Below, piece by piece: positions 8,354 through 17,213 of a stretch of DNA of 32,000 nt (position 1 is the first letter of the stretch; each line of letters begins with the position of its first letter). The notes below the pieces were generated by a model. The model saw nothing but the letters and a program-made list of their open reading frames with translations. It ran no database searches and was not told the origin of the DNA. The DNA comes from an uncultured Actinomycetes bacterium (GTDB lineage: Bacteria > Actinomycetota > Actinomycetes > S36-B12 > CAIYMF01). The stretch covers positions 1,980,001 to 2,012,000 of the forward strand of contig CAWJMG010000003.1 of NCBI GenBank assembly GCA_963843975.1. Direction: 5' to 3'. A program made the translations under genes and the position numbers.

Positions 8354-8375
8354 GCGTGAACTCCGCGTGAACTCC
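8354..8375 (-). promoter_or_regulatory. tandem 11-bp direct repeat (minus strand GTTCACGCGGA x2), candidate OmpR/PhoP-family response-regulator site
   Basis: The plus strand reads gcgtgaactcc gcgtgaactcc, two perfect copies. It lies about 125 nt upstream of the long LOG gene and about 95 nt upstream of wrbA. Confidence 0.35.
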
Positions 8376-8418
8376 GCCACGGTCACCGGACGTCGGCTTG
8401 CGGGTCGGGTTGTTGTGT

Positions 8419-8453
8419 GTTCAACTATCCGTAGACGTTGAACGATCAACTAT
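8419..8453 (+). promoter_or_regulatory. AT-rich operator-like region upstream of wrbA
   Basis: The inverted repeat is gttcaac-N11-gttgaac. An overlapping palindrome gttga-acga-tcaac follows, and the direct repeat tcaactat occurs at 8421 and 8446. RBS ggagg is at 8461. Confidence 0.4.
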
Positions 8454-8470
8454 TCGCTCAGGAGGCTCCC

Positions 8471-9088
8471 ATGTCCGACGCCGTCAAGGTCGCGGTCATC
8501 TACTACTCGTCCACCGGTTCGGTGCACACCATGGCCGCGCGCGCCGCGCAGGCCGCCGAGAAGGCCGGCGCCGAGGTGCGCCTGGTGAAGGTCCCCGAGC
8601 TCGCCCCCGCCGAGGCCATCGCCTCCAACGAGGCCTGGGCCGCCCACGCCGCCGCGACCGCCGACGTCCCCGTCGCGACCGCTGACGACATCGACTGGGC
8701 CGACGTCGTGCTCTTCGGCACGCCGACCCGCTACGGCAACATCGCCGCCCAGCTCAAGCAGTACCTCGACACGCTCGGCGGCCTCTGGGCCCAGGGCAAG
8801 CTCGCCAACAAGGTCTACGCGGGCTTCGTCTCGACCGGCACCAAGCGCGGTGGCCAGGAGACCACGCTGCTCGCGCTCTACAACTCGGTCTACCACTTCG
8901 GCGGCATCATCGTGCCCCCGGGCTACACCGACCCGGCCGTGAAGTTCAACGACGGCAACCCCTACGGCGTCTCGCACGTGTCGTTCAACGGCGCCGCTGC
9001 CCCTGCCGACGAGGAGTTCGCGGCGCTCGACCACCTCGCCCAGCGCACGGTGGCCGTGGCCGGTCAGCTGAAGCGCGGCGCCGCCTGA
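8471..9088 (+). CDS. wrbA: NAD(P)H:quinone oxidoreductase, type IV (WrbA flavodoxin-like)
   Basis: ATG at 8471 follows RBS ggagg. The sequence reads KVAVIYYSSTGSVHTMAARAAQAAEKAGAEVRLVKVPE...LFGTPTRYGNIAAQLKQYLD...GGQETT. Confidence 0.85.
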   Translation: MSDAVKVAVIYYSSTGSVHTMAARAAQAAEKAGAEVRLVKVPELAPAEAIASNEAWAAHAAATADVPVATADDIDWADVVLFGTPTRYGNIAAQLKQYLDTLGGLWAQGKLANKVYAGFVSTGTKRGGQETTLLALYNSVYHFGGIIVPPGYTDPAVKFNDGNPYGVSHVSFNGAAAPADEEFAALDHLAQRTVAVAGQLKRGAA

Positions 9089-9122
9089 TCCAGGCGCCGC
9101 ACCTGCACCACCTCACTGCCCC

Positions 9123-9154
9123 GACGGGCGGTCCGCTCCGGCGGGCCGCCCGTC
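9123..9154 (+). terminator. GC-rich hairpin after wrbA
   Basis: The sequence gacgggcggtccgc-tccg-gcgggccgcccgtc forms a 14-bp stem with one mismatch. Confidence 0.5.
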
Positions 9155-9234
9155 GCCGTGTCCGGGAGCCTGCGCCGGTGCGCGGCGCTAGCGTCGGGCG
9201 CGCAGCACCGGGCTGCGGGGGGGGTGAGGGGCAC

Positions 9235-10158
9235 ATGGTCTGGTTCTCGCGCGTCGTGGCCGCGCTGGGGCTCGCGGTCGTCGCCTGGGCGTGCCTGACT
9301 GCCTGGCCGGCGATCGTGCACGGGCATCCGGCGTACGCCGTCCTGCTGGCACTGACGGTGGTCGTGGCGCTCGTGAGCCTCGTGCGCTCGCTGGGCGAGC
9401 CGCGCGAGCGCGGGGGATTCCGACGCTCCCTGCGCGTGGCAGTGCCCGTCCTGGGCGTCCTCTGGGTCGCGGCAATGTGGTGGCTGCGCCCGTTCAACGC
9501 CGTCGAGCCTGCGCTGGCCGCGATGCAGAGCGACGCGAAGGTCACCGTGACCGAGTCGATGACCGACATCGTGCTGACGCCCACATCAGGCTCCACCGGG
9601 GTCGGCGTCTTCTTCCAGCCGGGTGCGAAGGTCGAGGCCCGGGCGTACGCCGCGGTGCTGCGGCCCCTGGCCGAGGCGGGCCACCCGGTGGTCATCGCCA
9701 AGCAGCCTCTGTCGATCGCGTTCCTCGCGCTCGGCGCGTTCGACTCCGCCCGCGACGCTCACCCCGAGGTGACGCGGTGGGTCGTGGGCGGCCACTCCCT
9801 CGGCGGCACCGTCGCCGCGATCGAGGCGGAGTCGAGCACGACGGACCCGCGCGGTGTCGCGGCCGGGCTCCTGCTCTACGCGTCGTACCCGGCCACCGAC
9901 ATGAGCGACACGCTCGGCTCGTCGGTCCTCTCGGTGTCGGCGAGCCTCGACGGCCTCGCGACGCCGGCCGACATCGACGCCTCGAAGGCGAACCTCCCGC
10001 CGAACGCACAGTTCGTCGTGATCGACGGCGCGGTGCACGCGTTCTTCGGCGACTACGGGCCCCAGCCGGGCGACGGCACCCCGACCATCAGCCACGAGGA
10101 CGCGCGCAGCCAGATCGTCGAGGCGAGCACGGCGTGGCTCGCGGGGCTCGCGCCCTAG
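9235..10158 (+). CDS. alpha/beta hydrolase family protein with N-terminal TM segments
   Basis: ATG at 9235 follows ggtgagggg. It carries the nucleophile elbow GGHSLGG and the C-terminal sequence VIDGAVHAFF. Confidence 0.75.
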   Translation: MVWFSRVVAALGLAVVAWACLTAWPAIVHGHPAYAVLLALTVVVALVSLVRSLGEPRERGGFRRSLRVAVPVLGVLWVAAMWWLRPFNAVEPALAAMQSDAKVTVTESMTDIVLTPTSGSTGVGVFFQPGAKVEARAYAAVLRPLAEAGHPVVIAKQPLSIAFLALGAFDSARDAHPEVTRWVVGGHSLGGTVAAIEAESSTTDPRGVAAGLLLYASYPATDMSDTLGSSVLSVSASLDGLATPADIDASKANLPPNAQFVVIDGAVHAFFGDYGPQPGDGTPTISHEDARSQIVEASTAWLAGLAP

Positions 10159-10406
10159 CGGCGGTTGCGCTGCCGGGAGGCCCAGTACCCGAGGGTGAGG
10201 CACGCACCGACGAGAACGATGAAGCCGACCATGTAGACGATCGCGGTCACCGTGACGACGCCCTCGTTGCCGGGCGCGAAGAGCTCGTTGGGCAGCAGGA
10301 ACGTGAGCACGAAGGCGGCGACGCCGCTGACGATGCACCCGCCGAGCAGCCACGGGTTCCAGGGCCTCGGCTCGGGGTCGTCCGGGTTGCGTCGGGAGAA
10401 GCTCAC
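10155..10406 (-). CDS. small 2-TM membrane protein (83 aa), hypothetical
   Basis: From the GTG at 10406 it reads VSFSRRNPDDPEPRPWNPWLLGGCIVSGVAAFVLTFLL...VTAIVYMVGFIVLVGACLTLGYWASRQRNRR. GC3 is high. This is the tail of the track ORF 10155..11351. Confidence 0.55.
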   Translation of the reverse strand: MSFSRRNPDDPEPRPWNPWLLGGCIVSGVAAFVLTFLLPNELFAPGNEGVVTVTAIVYMVGFIVLVGACLTLGYWASRQRNRR

Positions 10407-10517
10407 GGGCCGAGCCTCGCACGCCTGCACCGGCCGCGGCACCTCGCGGCTGGCCGGGGGAACCGGGATGCTGAGACGCGCGTCACAGCACCACGGGGCG
10501 TTGAGGGGAGCTCGACC

Positions 10518-10931
10518 ATGACCAAGCAGCGCGGCTGGACCGTCGGGGCGCTCGTCGCCGTGATCGTGGGCATCGTCGTGGCGCTCGGCGTCTCCAACGG
10601 CTGGATCGGCGACGGCGACCCCGGTGCCGACGACACGACGTCCGGCGTCATCGTCCGGTACGACGGCCGCGACTACTGGGTCAGCGACTACGAGATCACG
10701 CCGACCGCCCTCGGCGAGACCCTCGCCACCGGTCTGCAGTTCCAGGACACGACGGCCGACGTCAAGGCGATCGAGGGCCAGGACCCGACCGTGACCGTCG
10801 CGGCCTACCTGCCACCGCTGTCCTCGTCCTCGCCGAAGGCGGGCTGGCGGCTCGTCTCGACCGACTCGGGCTACTGGACCGACTTGGCTCACGTGCAGGC
10901 CAACGCAGCCCTCTTCGTCAGCGCCCGCTGA
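10518..10931 (+). CDS. membrane-anchored hypothetical protein (137 aa)
   Basis: ATG at 10518 follows RBS gaggggag. The sequence reads MTKQRGWTVGALVAVIVGIVVALGV, followed by a soluble domain. This is the tail of track ORF 9291..10931. Confidence 0.6.
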   Translation: MTKQRGWTVGALVAVIVGIVVALGVSNGWIGDGDPGADDTTSGVIVRYDGRDYWVSDYEITPTALGETLATGLQFQDTTADVKAIEGQDPTVTVAAYLPPLSSSSPKAGWRLVSTDSGYWTDLAHVQANAALFVSAR

Positions 10932-11002
10932 CGGCAGCCGCCCGCTGAGGCATGCGGTAGCTGCGTGGAGAACGGGCTGCCTGCGACGCGATCGGCGTAC
11001 GG

Positions 11003-12079
11003 CTAGGCGGTGAGCCAGGCGCGCAGACCTCGTTCGACCGTTGCGAGGTCGGCGACCGGGCAGTACTCGCCCTGGCTGTGCGCGAGCGAGGGGTTGCCCG
11101 GCCCGAAGTTCACCGCCGGGACGCCGAGCGCGGTGAAGCGGGCGACGTCGGTCCAGCCGAACTTCGGGCTCGGCGCACCGCCGACCGCGGCGACGAAGGC
11201 TGCCGCGGCCGGGTGGCTGAGCCCCGGCAGGGCACCGTCGACCGTGTCGATCACGCTGACGTCGTACCCCTCGAAGACCTCGCGCACGTGCGCCTCGGCC
11301 TCGGCGCTCGTGCGGTTGGGCGCGAAGCGGTAGTTGACCGACACGACGCACTCGTCGGGGACGACGTTGCCGGCCACTCCCCCGCTGATGCCGACCGCGT
11401 TGAGGCCCTCGCGGTAGACGAGCCCGTCGATCTCGACCTGTCGCGGCACGTACGACGTGAGGCGGCGCAGCACGTCACCGGCGTCGTGGATCGCGTTGTG
11501 CCCCATCCAGCTGCGGGCGCTGTGCGCGCGCGTGCCCGTCGTACGGACCTCGACGCGCATCGTGCCCTGGCAGCCGGCCTCGACGACCGCGTTGCTCGGC
11601 TCCATGAGCACCGCGAAGTCGGCCGCGAGCAGCTCGGGGTGCGACTCGGCCACGATGCGCAGGCCGTTGAACTGGGAGTCGATCTCCTCGGCCTCGTAGA
11701 AGACCCAGGTGACGTCGCGCGTGGGGTCGGTGAGCGTGGCCGCGAGCTGCAACGAGATGGCGACGCCGCCCTTCATGTCGCAGGCCCCGAGGCCGTAGAT
11801 GCGGTCCTCGCCGTCCTCGGTGCGACGCGACGAGGGGATGTTGCGGTTGGCGGGCACGGTGTCCAGGTGGCCGCCGATCACGACGCGCTCGGCGCGACCG
11901 AGGTCGGTGCGGGCGACGATCGTGTGGCCGATGCGCGTCAGCGCGAGGTGGGGGTACGCCGACAGCGCCCGCTCGACGGCGTCCGCGAGCACCTGCTCCT
12001 CGCGCGACTCGCTCGGCACGTCGATCAGCGCCTGCAGGAGGTCGGCGAGATCGGCGTGCAGGTCGAGGGCGTCGGTCAC
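11003..12079 (-). CDS. dapE: succinyl-diaminopimelate desuccinylase (M20 peptidase)
   Basis: Track ORF of 358 aa reading GGHLDTVP...GLGACDMKGGVA...FYEAEE, an actinobacterial DapE pattern. It sits divergent from dapD. Confidence 0.9.
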   Translation of the reverse strand: MTDALDLHADLADLLQALIDVPSESREEQVLADAVERALSAYPHLALTRIGHTIVARTDLGRAERVVIGGHLDTVPANRNIPSSRRTEDGEDRIYGLGACDMKGGVAISLQLAATLTDPTRDVTWVFYEAEEIDSQFNGLRIVAESHPELLAADFAVLMEPSNAVVEAGCQGTMRVEVRTTGTRAHSARSWMGHNAIHDAGDVLRRLTSYVPRQVEIDGLVYREGLNAVGISGGVAGNVVPDECVVSVNYRFAPNRTSAEAEAHVREVFEGYDVSVIDTVDGALPGLSHPAAAAFVAAVGGAPSPKFGWTDVARFTALGVPAVNFGPGNPSLAHSQGEYCPVADLATVERGLRAWLTA

Positions 12080-12138
12080 GCCGCGAGCCTAACGACTACG
12101 AGCACGACCAGCCCGCCCGTCCGCCCGTCCTTGGTGTT

Positions 12139-12190
12139 CCCCTGAGGGTCACGAAGTGCCCTTCACGGGCACTCCCGTGACCCCAACTCG
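12139..12190. repeat. 52-bp intergenic repeat, copy A (upstream of dapD); contains its own hairpin
   Basis: The sequence is cccctgagggtcacgaagtgcccttcacgggcactcccgtgaccccaactcg. Its 18-bp core is the perfect reverse complement of 13420-13437. The internal hairpin is gggtcacgaagtgccc/gggcactcccgtgaccc. Confidence 0.7.
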
Positions 12191-12316
12191 GGGCGGGACG
12201 CGCCGTTGACCTCCCTGGACACCCGCCCCCGTCGTACGACGCATCATCTGCCGCGCGTCACGGACCGCGGATCCTCGGCGTCCACCGCCGCGCACGGGCT
12301 CGGTAGGTTGACCCGC

Positions 12317-13246
12317 ATGACGCTGCTGACCTCCCCCGCCTCGGCCGTCGGCCTGGCGACGTACGCCGACGACACGCTGCTCGACGTCTGGTACCCGGCG
12401 CCCGCGCTGTCGGCGACGCCGACGGACGTGGCCGGGCTCGGCGACGTCACGCGCGTGGACGACGTCCGCGGCACCCGCACCGTCACGCTGACGACGTCCA
12501 TCGCCGACCTGTCGGTGGCGCCGGTCGACGCCGCTGACGCGTGGCTGCGCCTGCACCTGCTCTCGCACCGCCTCGTGCAGCCGCGCACGATCGCGCTCGA
12601 CGGCGTCTTCGGGCTCCTCACCAACGTCGCGTGGACCTCGCTCGGCCCGGTCGCGATCGACCGCCTCACCCAGGTGCAGGTCTCCGTACGCCGCGGTGGC
12701 GGCTACCTCACGGTCTTCGGCGTCGACAAGTTCCCGCGGATGGTCGACTACGTCGTGCCGTCCGGCGTACGCATCGCCGACGCCGACCGCGTGCGCCTCG
12801 GCGCGCACCTCGCACCCGGCACGACCGTCATGCACGAGGGCTTCGTGAACTTCAACGCCGGCACGCTCGGCGCCTCCATGGTCGAGGGCCGCATCTCCGC
12901 AGGGGTCGTCGTCGGCGACGGGTCCGACGTCGGCGGCGGCGCCTCGATCATGGGCACGCTGTCGGGCGGCGGCACCGAGGTGATCACGATCGGCGAGCGC
13001 TGCCTCATCGGCGCGAACGCGGGCGTCGGCATCTCGCTCGGCGACGACTGCGTGGTCGAGGCCGGCTGCTACGTCACCGGCGGCTCGAAGATCACGTTGC
13101 CCGACGGTGCGGTGGCCAAGGGCCGCGACCTGTCGGGCGCGCACGGCCTGCAGTTCTGGCGCAACAGCGTGACCGGTGCGCTCGAGGCTCGTCAGCGCGA
13201 GGGCGCCTGGGGCTCGCTCAACGAGCACCTCCACGCCAACGACTGA
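12317..13246 (+). CDS. dapD: 2,3,4,5-tetrahydropyridine-2,6-dicarboxylate N-succinyltransferase
   Basis: From the ATG at 12317 it reads [19 protein letters not shown]..., with a C-terminal hexapeptide-repeat region ([52 protein letters not shown]). A TAGGTT -10-like hexamer lies 7 nt upstream of the ATG, so the mRNA may be leaderless. Confidence 0.85.
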   Translation: MTLLTSPASAVGLATYADDTLLDVWYPAPALSATPTDVAGLGDVTRVDDVRGTRTVTLTTSIADLSVAPVDAADAWLRLHLLSHRLVQPRTIALDGVFGLLTNVAWTSLGPVAIDRLTQVQVSVRRGGGYLTVFGVDKFPRMVDYVVPSGVRIADADRVRLGAHLAPGTTVMHEGFVNFNAGTLGASMVEGRISAGVVVGDGSDVGGGASIMGTLSGGGTEVITIGERCLIGANAGVGISLGDDCVVEAGCYVTGGSKITLPDGAVAKGRDLSGAHGLQFWRNSVTGALEARQREGAWGSLNEHLHAND

Positions 13247-13299
13247 GCACGAGGGCACCCCGGCGAGCCCGACCAAGATCACGATTCCGGGCACGATCC

Positions 13300-13356
13300 G
13301 TGCAGTTCAACTGCACTTTCCTTCCCTAAGGGAAGCAACCGGCAGTTGGACTGCAC
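13300..13356. terminator. composite long hairpin between convergent dapD and gltA
   Basis: The outer arms gtgcagttcaactgc and gcagttggactgcac pair with one mismatch. They enclose the inner palindrome cttccct-a-agggaag. The first arm is itself the palindrome gtgcagtt-c-aactgcac. Confidence 0.5.
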
Positions 13357-13385
13357 GCGCGCTGCCCAGATGTCCCGCCGTACGG

Positions 13386-13437
13386 CGAGTTGTGGGCGCT
13401 GGGAGTCCCTTGACGGGCGCTTCGTGACCCTCAGGGG
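13386..13437. repeat. 52-bp intergenic repeat, copy B (downstream of dapD, inverted relative to copy A)
   Basis: Its reverse complement is cccctgagggtcacgaagcgcccgtcaagggactcccagcgcccacaactcg. By hand alignment this matches copy A at about 80 percent, with an 18-bp perfect core. Confidence 0.7.
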
Positions 13438-13452
13438 CGAAAGCCGACCGGG

Positions 13453-14737
<1,285 letters not shown>

Positions 14738-14982
14738 CGGTCCTCCTGCACGTCGGGAGAGTCAGCAGGCGCGCCTCGTGAGCGCTCCCGTTGCCCGAAC
14801 TCTACGGAGCCGCCCTCCCCGAGTCTCCGTGACCCTGCGCACAGGCCCGCGACAGCGGGCGCCACGGAGGCGGTGCCCGGCTCAGCCCGCAAGCGTCGCC
14901 CTCCGATCGCAACCCGCAGCGGCCTGCGCTCTGGCACGCTGGCCCCGACGCGCGACGGGGGTCGCGCCGAAGGGGGTTCGCC

Positions 14983-15276
14983 ATGGCTGTCTCCGAACGC
15001 GCCCAGATCCCGACTCCGGCCCAGCGCCGAGCCGCAGCGCTCGAGACCTCCCGCTCCAACCTCACGCTGCTCGTTCTGGTGCTGTCGGTCGTAGCGGCGA
15101 TCGCGCTGTCCCTGGCCGTGACGACAGGCAGTGGCAGCTCGGAGGGCGGCGGCACGTCGCTCGCGCCCGGCCTGTTCGGGGTGATCGCGCTGTTCTGCGT
15201 CTGCTTCGCCGCCGCTGCGGGCGGCGCGGCGTTCGTGCTGTCGGCGCTGCGCGACGCCGCCCTGGCCGAGGGCTGA
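14983..15276 (+). CDS. small 2-TM membrane protein (97 aa), hypothetical
   Basis: RBS gaaggggg precedes the start and GC3 is high. It has two hydrophobic helices and the C-terminal sequence FVLSALRDAALAEG. Confidence 0.6.
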   Translation: MAVSERAQIPTPAQRRAAALETSRSNLTLLVLVLSVVAAIALSLAVTTGSGSSEGGGTSLAPGLFGVIALFCVCFAAAAGGAAFVLSALRDAALAEG

Positions 15277-15280
15277 CGCG

Positions 15281-15592
15281 GTGACCGTCACCGGCCGGTC
15301 CGACACCACGAGCGCTCGAACCTCAGCGCTCGAGAAGGCCTGCTCCCGCACCCTGGGGCTCTTCGTCGGCGCTGCCACGGTCGTGGCGTTCCTCAGCCTC
15401 GCCGTCTACCTGGAGCTCGACGCCTCTTCAGGCGGAGCCGTCTCGCTGGTCGTCCTGCTCTGGCTGGGTGGAGCCGCTCTCGTGGCGACCGCGGCCCTCA
15501 CTGCCCAGCTCGTCCTCGGCGGCCTGCGCGAGGCCGCCTACGCCGAGGATCTCGACGCCGAACGTCGTCGCCGCGAGGCCCCCTCAGGCTGA
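15281..15592 (+). CDS. small 2-TM membrane protein (103 aa), paralogue-like neighbour of 14983..15276
   Basis: The GTG start lies 4 nt after the previous stop. It has the same architecture and a similar C-terminal motif (LVLGGLREAAYAED). It overlaps the 3' end of convergent dapC by 9 nt. Confidence 0.5.
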   Translation: MTVTGRSDTTSARTSALEKACSRTLGLFVGAATVVAFLSLAVYLELDASSGGAVSLVVLLWLGGAALVATAALTAQLVLGGLREAAYAEDLDAERRRREAPSG

Positions 15593-16678
15593 GAGGCGCT
15601 CGACCGCTGCGTCGATGCGCTCGTCGGTCTCGGTGAGGGCGATGCGCACGTGCTGCTTCCCGGCCACGCCGTAGAACTCCCCCGGCGCCACGAGGATGCC
15701 GCGCTCCGACAGCCATCGGACGGTGTCCCAGCAGTCCTCACCGCGCGTCGACCAGAGGTAGAGCCCCGCCTCGGAGTGCTCGATCGTGAAGCCCGCACCC
15801 TCGAGCGCCCGCCGCAGCCGTGCGCGTCGGGCGCCGTACCGCGCCCGCTGCTCGGCCACGTGCGCGTCGTCGTCCAGCGCCGCGATCGAGGCGTCCTGGA
15901 CCGGCCCCGGCACCATGAGCCCCATGTGCTTGCGCGCCTCGAGCAGCGAGCCGACGATCGCCTCGTCGCCGAGCACGAAGCCCTCGCGGTAGCCGGCGAG
16001 GTTCGACCGCTTCGACAGCGAGTGGACGGCGAGGACGCCCTCGAGCGAGCCGCCGTTCACGCGCGGGTCGAGGATCGAGACGGGCTCGGCGTCCCACCCG
16101 AGCTCGAAGTAGCACTCGTCGCTGGCGACGACCGCCCCGCGCGAGCGGGCCCACTCCACGACCTTCGCGAGGTGCTCGACCCCGAGCACACGGCCCGTCG
16201 GGTTGCTCGGCGAGTTCAGCCACACCAACGAGACTCGCTCGGGCCCGAGCGCGACCGTGGAGTCCGACACCACGATGCGGCTGCCGGAGATGCGGGCACC
16301 GATGTCGTACGTCGGGTACGCGATCTCGGGGATCACGACCGTGTCGTCCGCGTCGAGCCCGAGCAGCAGCGGCAGCAGGGACACGAGCTCCTTGGAGCCC
16401 ACGGTCGGCAGCACGTTGGTGTGGTCGAGGTCGGCGTGCAGCGTGCGTCCGGCCCAACCGCAGATCGCGTCGCGCAGTGCCGGCGTGCCCCAGTTGGTGG
16501 GATATCCGGGCCAGTCGCTCGCGGCGGCCAGGGCCTCCTGGACGACGGCCGGCACCGGGTCGACCGGCGTACCGACCGACAGGTTCACGAGCCCGCCCTG
16601 GTGCGCCCGCGCGACCTCGGCGTACGGCGCGAGCTTGTCCCACGGGAAGTCGGGCAGCCGGTCGGCCAGGCGGGTCAT
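15584..16678 (-). CDS. dapC: succinyldiaminopimelate transaminase
   Basis: ATG at 16678 follows RBS gaggaa; the track ORF begins 4 codons earlier at a GTG. The sequence reads MTRLADRLPDFPWDKLAPY...NLSVGTPVDP...NSPSNPTG...SLSKRSNLAGYR, a class I aminotransferase in the DapC context next to fdxA. Confidence 0.9.
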   Translation of the reverse strand: MTRLADRLPDFPWDKLAPYAEVARAHQGGLVNLSVGTPVDPVPAVVQEALAAASDWPGYPTNWGTPALRDAICGWAGRTLHADLDHTNVLPTVGSKELVSLLPLLLGLDADDTVVIPEIAYPTYDIGARISGSRIVVSDSTVALGPERVSLVWLNSPSNPTGRVLGVEHLAKVVEWARSRGAVVASDECYFELGWDAEPVSILDPRVNGGSLEGVLAVHSLSKRSNLAGYREGFVLGDEAIVGSLLEARKHMGLMVPGPVQDASIAALDDDAHVAEQRARYGARRARLRRALEGAGFTIEHSEAGLYLWSTRGEDCWDTVRWLSERGILVAPGEFYGVAGKQHVRIALTETDERIDAAVERLSA

Positions 16679-16763
16679 GCGGTTCCTCACAGACGGGTGG
16701 ACGTGCGACGCGCCGCCGCCCGGGGGGCGACGGCGCGACGGACGTGCGGGTGGAGCGGGGGCG

Positions 16764-17093
16764 TCAGTGGCCCTCGTGCTCCTGCGGCTCGAGCGCCGAG
16801 ACGATCGCGGCGTCCTTGGCGATCAGGCCGTGCTTGGCGGCGCCGCCCGGCGAGCCGAGCTCGTCGAAGAACTCCGCGTTCGCCGCGGTGTAGTCCTTCC
16901 ACTGATCCGGGACGTCGTCCTCGTAGAAGATCGCCTCCACGGGGCAGACGGGCTCGCAGGCACCGCAGTCGACGCACTCGTCGGGGTGGATGTAGAGCAT
17001 CCGGTCGCCCTCGTAGATGCAGTCGACGGGGCACTCCTCGACGCACGCCTTGTCCTTGAGGTCGACGCAGGGCTGCGCGATGACGTAGGTCAT
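16764..17093 (-). CDS. fdxA: 7Fe ferredoxin (FdxA/FdxC type)
   Basis: ATG at 17093 follows RBS ggaagga. The sequence reads MTYVIAQPCVDLKDKACVEECPVDCIYEGDRMLYIHPDECVDCGACEPVCPVEAIF. Confidence 0.9.
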   Translation of the reverse strand: MTYVIAQPCVDLKDKACVEECPVDCIYEGDRMLYIHPDECVDCGACEPVCPVEAIFYEDDVPDQWKDYTAANAEFFDELGSPGGAAKHGLIAKDAAIVSALEPQEHEGH

Positions 17094-17213
17094 GTGTTCC
17101 GGATCCTTCCGATCCACGTGCAACTGTTCGGAAGCTTCGGGCGCCACGGTAGCGGCGGACGGGCCCGCTTAGTATCCCGACCCACCGAACCATGTCCGCG
17201 AAGGGGTTGCACT

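Noticed and set aside
10155-10158. A palindromic CTAG supplies overlapping stop codons for the convergent hydrolase and small membrane-protein genes.
   Set aside because: It is real in the sequence but a trivial consequence of convergent packing. No functional implication can be supported.
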